This document shows, piece by piece, positions 28,866 through 40,800 of a stretch of DNA of 64,000 nt. The DNA lies in the NCBI GenBank assembly GCA_964270895.1, contig OZ185442.1; one strand, written 5' to 3'. Below the pieces are notes generated by a model that was not told the DNA's origin, did no database searches, and saw only the letters and a program-made list of their open reading frames with translations. A program made the position numbers and the translations under genes. Each line of letters opens with the position of its first letter. Within the stretch, counting starts at the first letter, position 1. This stretch comes from Podarcis filfolensis. Lineage: Eukaryota.

Positions 28866-31800
28866 AGGTGCATGGGATCCAGTGTAGTTTAGGGCTTGGA
28901 GTGTTAGACTTGGGCCAGGGAATGCTGGATTAACATCCATTGCCTGTCCATGAAGCTACCTGGTTGACCTTAGGGAAGTCAGGATCTCTTGGCAGGATTG
29001 TGAGAAAACTGTCAGGCAGAGCTCAGTGGAAGAAGAGTGGGTGAAACATGTGAAAAGTCAAAGGATTTGGTCAAGCCCACTTTATGAGCTGTGTGCTGTA
29101 TGTATGTCAATCAGCTGAGAATAATGTATGTGAAGTGATTTGATTGCTTGAAATTTGCTGGATCAGTGCTAAATGTTACTGCTTCAAGCTCTTCGAAGTA
29201 GAGCCACACTGATACCCGGGAATGAAGGAATCCTTCATTAGATTTGACATCATGCATTAATTCACCCCAAGGATGCATTTTGCTCTGCAAGGCGCCCCTG
29301 CAGCGCTGGAGCCTGAGCCTTCCTTGTATTGTTTTGTATCACAGTGTTTAGCGAGTGAAATAATATCTGAGCAGCTTGGGCATGACTCTGAATTGGTTTT
29401 AAGCAGCTCATGATAAGAAGTATTTATATGGTCAGGAATTTGGCCACAATGGTAGCAGCATCAGATGTCAAGGAAATGAACATCTGTCTGACTTTTAGAA
29501 AACATCTGAAGGCAGCCCTGTATGGGGAGATCTTAGAATGTTTGAGGTTTTTTTGTGTTTTAATACTTTGTTGGAAACAACCCAGAGTGGCTGTGGTAAC
29601 CCAGTCAGACGGGCGGCATTTATTATTATTATTATTATTTCTCAAGCCATTAAGGCTTGGCTCCTTCTAAGCAGAGGGGATGCATGTGAGTTATTCCTTT
29701 TGCACAGAAACTGAAAGGAGCCACAATAGGATTTATTCTCCATCCCCCCCACCCCCGGCTCTTTATATCATCGTCAACTCTTATTTGTATTCCACTTTCC
29801 CACAAAAGTGTGCCCAAAGGTGCTCACAGCATATCAAGTGAACAAGTATAACAGTTCAGCCATCAGATTTCATCCCAAACATATGCAAGTTAGAAACAGA
29901 ATTTATGGGACTCAATTTGACACATTTGTATGGCCTTAATTGTACCGTAGCTTCTTCCACTTAATAGAGCTGCCACTTCTAACCCACTGAAATGTGTGCA
30001 TGCCACATAAAAACGTAGCTTGTTTTTTTTTCCTTTTTCAGCTTCTCCTCCTGCACTATAAGGCGAGCACAGAAGTCCAAGACAATAATGGCAACACACC
30101 CCTGCATTTAGCTTGCACTTACGGCCATGAAGATGTAAGTAGTTCGCAGCAACATGTTCAGGGTACCTGAACACCAGTTCAGAGTACCTATAACACCAGG
30201 GTACCTATAACCAGTTAGGTGGACTTTAGCCCCATTGAAAACAAGGGCACTTTGAAAGTGATTTCAAAGGGGCTTAACTTAGTCTGGATGCAGCCTCACA
30301 CTTCAATTTTTATTTCATTTCTGAACTTGTAATCCTCCAGCCTTTTCAGAATGATCCTTGAGGGTTAGAAACAGGAGCCCATCGAGAGAGTCCTTTCTTT
30401 TGTAAAAACTTTGTTAGAGCTTTGGGGTCATGCATGGAACATTCCTCTGTGTCACTGTCTTACCTTGTGGAGAGTAGATTGGGGTAAATTGTGGAAAGTA
30501 AATCTGAGGTAAATTGTGCTGCCCTGTATAGTTGACAGTGTGACCTTCCTGATTCTGCCAATCTGTTCTTGGATGAAAGGAGGTTACAGATTGTGGAGTA
30601 AATGAGGTTCCCTCATTCAAATAGTCATAACAAGGCAGTTCACTTGTCCTTTTTTCTATTTGGGAGAAGGGAGTAGCCTTATGCTGTTGGGCTGCCATGT
30701 TTATAGGAATGACATACAGATGCCATTTACACATTGTATGCACATAGTGTTATGGGTTGGCTCCAACTAAGTCATACTCAAAATAAGCCCATTGAAATCA
30801 ACATACCTAAATAAGTCAGCGAACTAAAGTCCATTGATTTCATGTGGGTCTAGTATATGATTTAGTCAGATACAACTTGTGCAATGTAATGTACAGATTA
30901 GCAGTGGGCTGTGTGGTAGAAACACCTGCTTTGCATGCAGAAGGTCCCAGGTTCAGTCCCCAACAGCATTTCCAGGTAGGGTTGAGAGAGACAACCATGA
31001 CTTGTGTGTTGTGGCTTATTTTATTTTACTATATTTGTATGGCTGCCCAACAACTTGCTTTCTCAGAGCAGTTCCCAGAAAATTTAAAGGATAAACTAGA
31101 GCCTTAAGATGCAGTATAAAAACAGTGATGAGTAGTATAAGAATGATTTGGTCTGGCAAGATGCGATGACAAAATTGCCCTCTATCTCTAGTTCCGTTGC
31201 TTTAGTGATGTGCACCATCACAGCTTTTGTCTTTCTTTTAACTTTCCAGTGTGTCAAGGCTTTAGTCTATTACAACGTTCACTCTTGTAAATTAGACATT
31301 GGCAACGAGAAAGGAGACACTCCTCTTCACATAGCTGCTCGCTGGGGTTACCAAGGGATCATTGAAGTGCTGCTTCAGAATGGAGCCAACCCAAATATTC
31401 AAAACCGGACAAAAGAGACACCTGTGCAGTGCGCATTAAATTCTACGGTACTTCTTAGATACCACTTCTTTTTTTAAAAAAAAACAACAACCCCAAATGT
31501 CTTACATGATTTTAAATTTTGCTTAATTACAAAGAAGCAATATTGGCCAGGGCATTTAAAAATAAAATAAAATTCCATTTGCTTTTGGTGGACAAATGCC
31601 ACTGTTTTATATCCGAGACATCCATGCAGTATGTATTCATTTCTGTGGTCCTCTTAAATTGATCTGCTCTATAATTATTTTTTTTAAGAAAACAAACAAT
31701 GTTATTGTGTTTTTTACTTAATTGGAAGGACAGTGGCTAGCCAGGAACTCTTGAAAATACTTTTTGCTTGTTTTTGACAGGGGAGGGTTGCAGTTCTACT

Positions 31801-34800
31801 CCCAAAGTGCCTGAGAGGCAAGATGAATCTTCCTGATCGGGATGCTCTCTAATCTGCCTTTATATATCATTGCTAATGTCATGCTTGCCTTCTGATCAGT
31901 AAATTTCTCTGGAGAGATGGAGTTGCAACTTGCCTCTTCATGAATGTTTGATCTTTCTGCTTGCAGATTTTGTCCTTAATGGAACTGAACTACCTTGCAT
32001 TTGAAAGAGGGCAGAGTGCTTCTCAGGTAACCTGCAAACCCTTCCTTAGTGTAATGGTATTCAGCTGATCAACTGCTGTGATAACGGCGATGCTGCCAAC
32101 TCTTCCTCCTTTTGTTTTCTTTGCTGGTTCCACTAGTCCCCAACCAGATCTTCTCAGGGTTGTGAGGACTCCATCAGCCAAATATCGTCCATCTCCAGTT
32201 TATCTTCAGCAACAGCTAGACAAGAAGAAGCAAAATCTAGTTATAAAGAGGTAAGTCGATGCAGCATTGGGCAATGAGGAGTGCAGTAGAACTCTAAGGG
32301 GCCAGGACCATTCCTGTTTTCTCCTCCGCTCATAACAGTGGAACTTGGGTGTCATCCCGTGAAGCTGATTAGCAGGAGATTCAGGACAAACAAAAGGATG
32401 TACCACTTCACACACGTCACACTTTCTGACATTCAGTGTAGCAAGATGTGATAGCCACTTGATTAGACGGCTTTGAAAAGAGGAGTAGACACATTTTATG
32501 GAGGAGGGTGAGATCTGTCAATGGCTACTAGCCATGACGACTATATGCAGCCTCTGATTTTGGAGATATTATGGGAAGAGACCATTGCTCTGCTTTCAGA
32601 AGGTCCCAGAGTCAGCCATTGGCAGCAGTGATTAGAGCAGCCTTCACCAGCCAGGTGCCCCCCAGCCCAAATGTTTTGGATTACAGCTCCCATCAGCTGG
32701 CTGGGGCAAAGAAGAATTATAGTCCACAACATCTGGAGGGAGCCAGGTTGGCAAAGGTTGGGCTGGAGGTCTGGTACAGTGTGCAGAGGGTCAGGCTAGA
32801 ACTGGGTCCAATCTCTGGCATCTCCATATTAAACAGAAAGAAACAGGTAGCAGGTGACATGAAAGACTTCTTTCCTGAAAATGCTGGAGAACTACTGCTG
32901 GTCAGAATAGAGAATATTGAGCTAAATGGATGGAGAGTCTGAGCCAGTGTAAGGCAAAACGTTGATGCTCTGTCCCCATCATTATTGTCTCAGGACTACC
33001 TTTGAATTTTGATCTGTCTGTGTGAGATACCTTTAGGTCGCAATGGCTTCTCCTGTCGTGGGTACAGACCAGCCAAAAGTTGCTGTTCTGTAAATGAGAA
33101 ATCATGCATGTATAAAAAAAGTCATTCAGTGTGAGATTGAGGATTGCTTCCTTTGTGCTTTGCTTCTCCTCCTCTTTTCACCTTTAAGATATGAACTTGT
33201 CACCCTCAAGAGGCTGAGGCTTCAGTTCAAGTCAGGGAAAAGAGATTATCTGCATCTTAGACCTTTTAGCTTCTAGAGCTCACGTCCTCTTCGTTTAATC
33301 CAAAATCAGTTCACTCCCATTTGCCATAATTTGTTGCACTTGCCTCTTATTGAGTAAGAAAGTGGTTTCTGATTGTGCCTGATCCTGTATTTTAAGCCAA
33401 GAATGGCCTCTAAATTTAAAATGATGGGTTTTGTTTTGCTGGAGAGTCTTAGTTTTCTGTGAAGATGTCAGAGTTTGACAACCTTTGTTTCTGTCAACAG
33501 ATTAATGCCCCCACCCCCACATTAGAGGCCACATGCCATTGGTGGCTGGAGCCAATGATTGTCAGAGCCAGATACAAGTATTCTGGATTAACTAATCTAG
33601 AATAAAGATAGCCTTTCTTCTGTTTTCACTGTGGCTACCTCAGATTAGAATTCCCAGTCCAAGCATGTCTGCTCAGAAGTAAACCCTACTGAGTTTGATG
33701 GTTTATTCTCAAATGAGCACGCAGAAGAATTTGTTCTGGAAAGCAAGCGAAAGTCATTTCTTTTTGACTTTAGTGTGCTATGCATACATATATGGCAGTA
33801 GTTGGCCAATTTTTTCCTACAGGGGGAAACTCCCACTTGTTCTGAGACTGTATAGCAAGAAGGGGAAAAACACCCTAAAAGCCAGGAAAAGCAAGGAGGA
33901 AACTAAGAGGAATCAGCTCAACTCTCATGGGATGGATGGATGGATGGGGCAGCTTCAGAAGGTATCAGGAACTGCCTCAAGTGAGGTTGGGGGATGCATG
34001 TTGCTCACCTGTGATTCATTCAGAGCCCCCCTTGGCTAGACTTGGTCACTCTCTGCTTCCTGCTTGCAAGATGGAAAGAAGAGCCAAATTTACAAAATGA
34101 TCACTAGACCCCTTCCTACAACTGTTTACAAGGACAAGGAGATGTTTGGCCTGAGGAAGGATGCGAGTGCCACATCACATGCAGTTTGATGGGAGGCTTC
34201 CATCCTATTTGGCAAACTGATTCTCTGGGTGTAGATGCTTTTGTAGCCCAAACAGCAACACCTAGGCACAAGAGGAAGTATCAGCAAGGTTGAAAGAACC
34301 CAAATACCCTAGTAGTACAACTAAACGTTTCTTTTTCTTCTGGCTGTATTCATTACATAGGTGGAGAAACTTTTAAGAGCAGTTGCTGATGGAGACCTTG
34401 AAATGGTAAGATCTCTTATGCTTTGTGCTACCTTGTTTGCATGCACTGATGGCACTTTATAAGGTAGAGATTTCCACGAGCATAACAGTAAGAGTGTGCA
34501 GCTGTTAAACAGTGACATGCTTTTATTCCCATAATGGGAGTGTCTGGAAATCGCATCCTCCCGTGGGGCCAACCTGGACCATATCTTCCTGTGTCAGCCA
34601 CCTGTTATCTTCAGTGGGCGGGGAAAGCAAAACAGCCCGCTGAGCGGAACAAACAGGTTCATTTCCTTTAAGGAGCTACCTCCGTGCCACAATAATAATA
34701 ATAATTTATTATTTGTACCCCACCCATCTGGCTGGGTTACCCCAGCAATTGCTGGCTGATTCTTGGTGGGTGTTTGGGAGGGGGACTGGCAAATTGAGGA

Positions 34801-37800
34801 GGGGGTGTGCAATGGAGTGCCCTTTGTGGGTGGGTTTTTAGCCATCCATCCATCCTGCTGCCAGTTTCCTCTCTTGGTTGATCTAAATTAAGTATTGCAG
34901 TCCAGATGTGCCTTTCATAGATGCAATACCTGTGTTACCTTCTTAGATATTCATATCCATGAGTAACTTTTCTCATGAGTAGTCCTAAGAGGGAAGTTGG
35001 GCTATGTTTTTTCCTCAAATAGTAGTATCAGCTTTGAACAAAAAGTCACGGCAATTTTAAAACTGCCAACAAACACATTTTTTTTGGGTGATGACTTACA
35101 GAAATGTAAAAGCAACTGGGGTTGTTTTGATCTGTAATACCTCGTTTTCCATACAGCAGCAGCAGCCTTGCTGCTTCCATCCTATAATTTGCAATATTTA
35201 CTGTCTCCTGTGATGACTGAAAACTGCCTGAGCCCTGCTATCTTTTTCTCCAGAAGCCTTTTAAAATGGTGACAAGCAGCAGTTGACAGTAAGGCAAATT
35301 ATACCATTGTATGTTTGAAGATTTCTTCATTTTTAAAATAAAAAAAAAATAAGGAAGTTTTGTGAAGCTGTATTCAGATATCATACCAAGCCATTCCAAA
35401 GTCAGCACTGGAAGCTGTGCCTTTGAATTGGGCTCACTATGGTTTGGCATAATATTTGAATTGATAAATCAGTGATGGGCATGGAGCCCATGCCTTGCAT
35501 TCAAAAGGTCTCTGCTTTGATTCCTAGCACTTCCAGGTAGCAAGGAGATGAGAGAGAGCCCTGCCTGAGAGCGGAGTTTAGGCTAGATGGAGCAATAGTT
35601 TGATGCAGGAGAAGGCAACTCCGTAGGATCATTGCTGAAAGGGTCATTAAATCATTAAAATTTTCCCTAAACAGGGCTGCCTTCAGATGTCTTCTAAAAG
35701 TCAGATAGTTGTTTGTTTCCTTGACATCTGATGGGAGGGCGTTCCACAGGGTGGGTGCTACTACCGAGAAGGCCCTCTGCCTGGTTCCTTGTAACTTCTC
35801 TTCTCGCAGTGAGGGAACCGCCAGAAGGCCCTCGGAGCTGGACCTCAGTGTCCAGGTAGAATGATGGGGGTGGAGACACTCCTTCAGGTATACAGGATCG
35901 AGGCCATTTAGGGCTTTAAAGGTCAGCACCAACACTTTGAATTGTGCCTGGAAGCGTACCGGGAGCCAATGTAGGTCTTTCAGGACCGGCGTTATATGGT
36001 CTCGGCGGCCACTCCCAGTCACCAGTCTAGCTGCCGCATTCTGGATTAATTGCAGTTTCTGAGTCACCTTCAAAGGTAGCCCCACGTAGAGCGCATTGCA
36101 GTAGTCCAAGCGGGAGATAACCAGAGCATGTACCACTCTGACGAGACAGTCTGCGGGCAGGTAGGGTCTCAGCCTGCCTACCAGATGGAGCTGGTATAGA
36201 CAGCTGCCCTGGACACAGAATTGACCTGTGCCTCCATGGACAGCTGTGAGTCCAAAATGACTCCCAGGCTGCGCACCTGGTCCTTCAGGGGTACAATTAC
36301 CCCATTCAGGGGTAAAAAGAAAAATGCCTCTTTACCCTGGCTTTTGACACTTGTGGGTCTGAAATATATACCTCTCCTTTTTTCTGTGATTGCAAGTTGT
36401 TTTAAAAAGTTTTTAATATTGTGTTTTAATGTTGTAACCCGCCTTGGGACCTTAGGGTGAATAATATTTTACTATATATCATAATCTCTAGGGAGTGAGA
36501 AGCTATGTAGAATCAAGTTCCACAGCAAGAAGCATCCTTCTAATTGCATGTTTCAATGCACTCCTTCTTGCTCTGAAAGCATTCAGAGTGTGTTACTTGG
36601 TGAGATCAGATTACAGCAGCTCCATGGGATACTTAACACGTGCACCTATTTTAAAATGCATTTAACCTTTTGACCAAAATCCTTCCTTAATCCATTGTCA
36701 TTGGAAACAGATACATTTGAGACAGCGTGATTAAACTTTGGTAAGGCACTGATTTGAAACTTCGGGAGGGAATGTTTTGGGAAGCTGTGGCAAGCTAATG
36801 ATTGGTCTGCTAGACTCCTTGTTGTTCAAGGTTGGGTGATAAATGTGTGCAGCTGAAGAAAGGAGTTTGTGGGGATGACCAGTCTTGTTTCTGCCTGTGG
36901 GAAGGAGGGGTGGCCGGTGGGGGACCTGTCAGGATAATCTGAGGGATTCCTGAATTCTTGAGGTGGGTGAATGACTGACAGGGCTGGCCATTCCCTATTG
37001 GAGCCTTGGTCTCAGTATGGAATGGGAAGGGTTATTGCCCCTCTACTCTTTCCAGCACTGCAGGCTCTGTAATGCTTTCTGGTGTAGGGAAGATCAGACC
37101 GCTGGAATGCACACAGCTGATGTTTTGCAGTGAACACAACTGAGCAGAAGTGAAAGCACCCTACTGTGCCTACTCTGTGGTGGTGGGGGAGGTGGAAAGG
37201 TCTTACTTCACCTTCTTTGTTGCGTCCTCATGGCGTTGTCCAGTTTAGCTCCTTTAGTTGGGATCTGTTTTGGAGGAAAGTGGAGTGGAATCCTTGGCTG
37301 TCTGCTGTGATGGATTTACCCAAGGCTAGCTGGACCATAAAGAAGGCTGATCGCCGAAGAATTGATGCTTTTGAATTATGATGTTGGAGGAGACTCTTGA
37401 GAGTCCCATGGACTGCAAGAAGATCAAACCTATCCATTCTGAAGGAAATCAGCCCTGAGTGCTCACTGGAAGGACAGATCGTGAAGCTGAGGCTCCAATA
37501 CTTTGGCCACCTCATGAGAAGAGAAGACTCCCTGGAAAAGACCCTGATGTTGGGAAAGATGGAGGGCACAAGGAGAAGGGGACGACAGAGGACGAGATGG
37601 TTGGACAGTGTTCTCGAAGCTACCAGCATGAGTTTGACCAAACTGCGGGAGGCAGTGAAAGACAGGAGTGCCTGGCGTGCTCTGGTCCATGGGGTCACAA
37701 AGAGTCGGACATGACTAAACAACAAGAACAGCTGTTTACCCAGGTGTTTTGAGGTGGCTGGTTACAGTCCATTGTTGCTTGCTTAGATTCTGTTACCTGC

Positions 37801-40800
37801 TGATTTTATAGTTTTACATGACTTTTTAAAAATAATAATTTATATACCACCTTTTGTTTCAAGAAAAAAAAAATACACGGGTGGTTAACAAACAAATGGA
37901 AGCCCGCAGCAAAATAACAAGGATAAAAACAGCTTATTAAAAATAGTAATAATTAAAATACAGTACATGGTAAAATAAATTCATCAAGAACATTAAAACA
38001 CCTGTTATTTAAAATGTATAATGAGTGAGCCCATTAAAACCCCATAACATCAGTTGAAGCAGAAGATTCAAGTCAGGAGACATAGGGGGTGCTTATCTCC
38101 AGGTGTGTCTTCAAGAATGCCAGCACTGGTGGGTCCAGGTTTGTGCCCCACCCCATGCTCAATTGATAGAGCAAAGTGAGAAATAAATAAACAAGTAGGA
38201 ACTCAAGTGGAGGGCTGTGCCTGGTTCCTGGGCTGTTGATTCCCACCTAGAAGAGGAGGCAGTGGCAGTAAGGAGGAAGAGGGGGGCAGACTCAAAAGAG
38301 GGCTCCCCACCAAGATTATCTTGCCCAAAGCCCCACCTCCACCCCCACAAAGACAACTTGCCCAAGCCTACGTATGCATTAATTGATGGCAGAAAGACAA
38401 GAAATGACAAACATATTCTCTTTTCTTTCTTGAGAAAAGTCAGCGTTCTTGTCTCTTTGATTAAAAATCAACTGTGGTTGAGGTTGGGTTTTTGTTTTTT
38501 TTTAAGTGGAATAAAGGCTGTTCAAGGAAGCACCTTGGTATATTCTGGCCCAAAGCCCTCCATTTAATCTTCAGCAATCCTGGCTAAAAGGATTTGAGAG
38601 GCCTTGGGCTGAGGTGAGCGTCAAAGACTCGATTAAGTGTGAGGAAGTCATTTCTAATTTACATCATGGTTCCTTGGGAAACTGGTCTGCAGTTGACTTG
38701 TGGGAAGTGAAATGTTAGATTTCCTTTATCTTATCTTTCTGAGAAAGTAACAGGAGACTTTGGACGATGTCCTACTGAAGTGATAACAGGCCTACCGGTA
38801 AGGCCAAGTAGGCTGGAAGGAGCAAGAGGGCAGGGCCTTTTCAGTGGTGCCCCCCCAGCTCTAGTTATGCTATTCCCACTGGATTGTGCCTACCTGGTCT
38901 CTTCTGCACAAGTCTCTATCAATTACCTATTCCAGATTGCTTTTTTCTTACCCGGTTTTAATTGCTGTTGGTTTTTGAAACACAATGATCTGTTTTATGC
39001 TGACCTGTTTGAAATGTTTCTAAGATACTAGTTTTTGTATATCTTTCAAGATCTCTTTGGTGAATTTCTGTGCAGTCTATAATGTACTATACGAGATGCC
39101 TGAGAAGGGCTAGGCAGGCTTCCTCAACCTCGGCCCTCCAGATGTTTTGCGACTACAATTCCCATCATCCCCGACCACTGGTCCTGCTGGCTAGGGATCA
39201 TGGGAGTTGTAGTCCAACAACATCTGCAGGGCCGAGTTTGAGGAAGCCTGGGCTAGAGCAACCTAAAGCAAGGGCTGTGTGTTGAGGGGAGCTGTAGTCC
39301 AACAACATCTGGGGAGCCACAGGTTCCCCATCCCCACCTTGAAAGGTGAGCTTAATATACGCTGAGAAATAAAATCAGTAAGTGCCAATTTCCAGAATAA
39401 TCGGCATATCGATGTTTGAATTAAAATGCTGCCTATGGGGCAGGGGGAGTGCCATAATTTCAGTATTCCTCCATGCAGGCAAAACAACAATACTTCATAT
39501 AGAAAATGAGATATCCAAGCAGAAAGGGCTCAAGCGTGGTTGTCTCTATGACATGGTAGTTTTCTTTGTGTAGTGATTATTTTTCACGAGGGCGCGTTCA
39601 TGGGAGCGTCTCTCTGTCATCAGATGTAGTTCAGTTCAGGGTCGGGTTTACCACCCCAAGGTTTCCTCTCCCAAAAGAAAATAAATACATTCTTTTTTTT
39701 AAAAAAGGGGGACACTAATTTGCATGAAACATGCACATGCTAAGTTATAGGTTATTAACGCAGATTTAGAAACAATTGCTACAATTCTGAATAGAAATAC
39801 AATCCATCTTACCATAGTGAGGGAGACTGCGGCCAGCTGAGCTGTCTGCTTGCTCAGGCTGCTCCTCCTCCTCTGGGTTTTTTAAAAATGTTTAAACCCG
39901 AGTTTGACCAGTCAGCCTTTCTAACAGAGCACTGTTCTCTGTAACGTAGGACACTGGCCACCCTAACCACCCTAGCGAGAATAAGGCCTACAATTCTGAC
40001 TCTAGAACGGCCTTCGTTTCTTAACAGGTGCGCTATCTTTTGGAATGGGCGGAAGACGATCTAGAGGAACCCGAAGAAGCCGGCAGCAGCGTGGAGAAGC
40101 TGGAGTTCTGCCACCCCTTGTGCCAGTGTTCCAGATGTGGCCCTGTGCAAAAGGTCTGCCCGTCTTCCTCCTGCCCAGACCTGTCATTCATTCTGCCCAG
40201 CTCTGAAACATCCTCCGCCCCTTGTCCTTATCAGAGTTCACGACCTCCTGAGATGAAGCTGCTCTCCTGGGTAATCAGGCTCCTGAAAGGATTGAGCAGC
40301 TGCTCAGGAGAAGCTTGTTTTCCTCTGGAAGAGGCAGGGAGGGGGAGAAAACTTTGCACTTTGTCCTCAACTCACCTTCCTCTCAGGGGCGGAGGAAGGG
40401 GAGTGCGGTGGGGGTGGGCTGCCCCAGGTGTCACCACTGAGGGGGGTGACAAAATGCCAGGCGGCACTCACCTGGGAGTGACGCGATGGCTTGAGCGCGT
40501 GCAGGCTCCACACTGCCCAAATGGTCCGCCCGCTGCCTCCCCCTCAGTTGTAGGGCAGCTGAGTGGGAAGAGGCAGGCGGGCTCCTCGGAGGCCCAGCAG
40601 AGTGTCCTGCCCTGGCTCACCCCGCCCCACGGGCGCCTGGCAATGCCCCTTGGCACAGGGCATGCGCAGTGCCCCAGGCACCCAATCGGCTTGCTCTGCC
40701 ACTGCTTCCTCTCCCTGTGGACAATTTCCCTGTCTTGGCATTCCACTCCTCTTCCAGGAGTCTTTGCCTGTGGGAGAGTAAACAAGTAACAAGGCCTCTG

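Noticed and set aside
37228-37752. Overlapping ORFs of 165 aa (-), 97 aa (+) and 75 aa (-)
   Set aside because: These are antisense or alternative frames of the BovB fragment.
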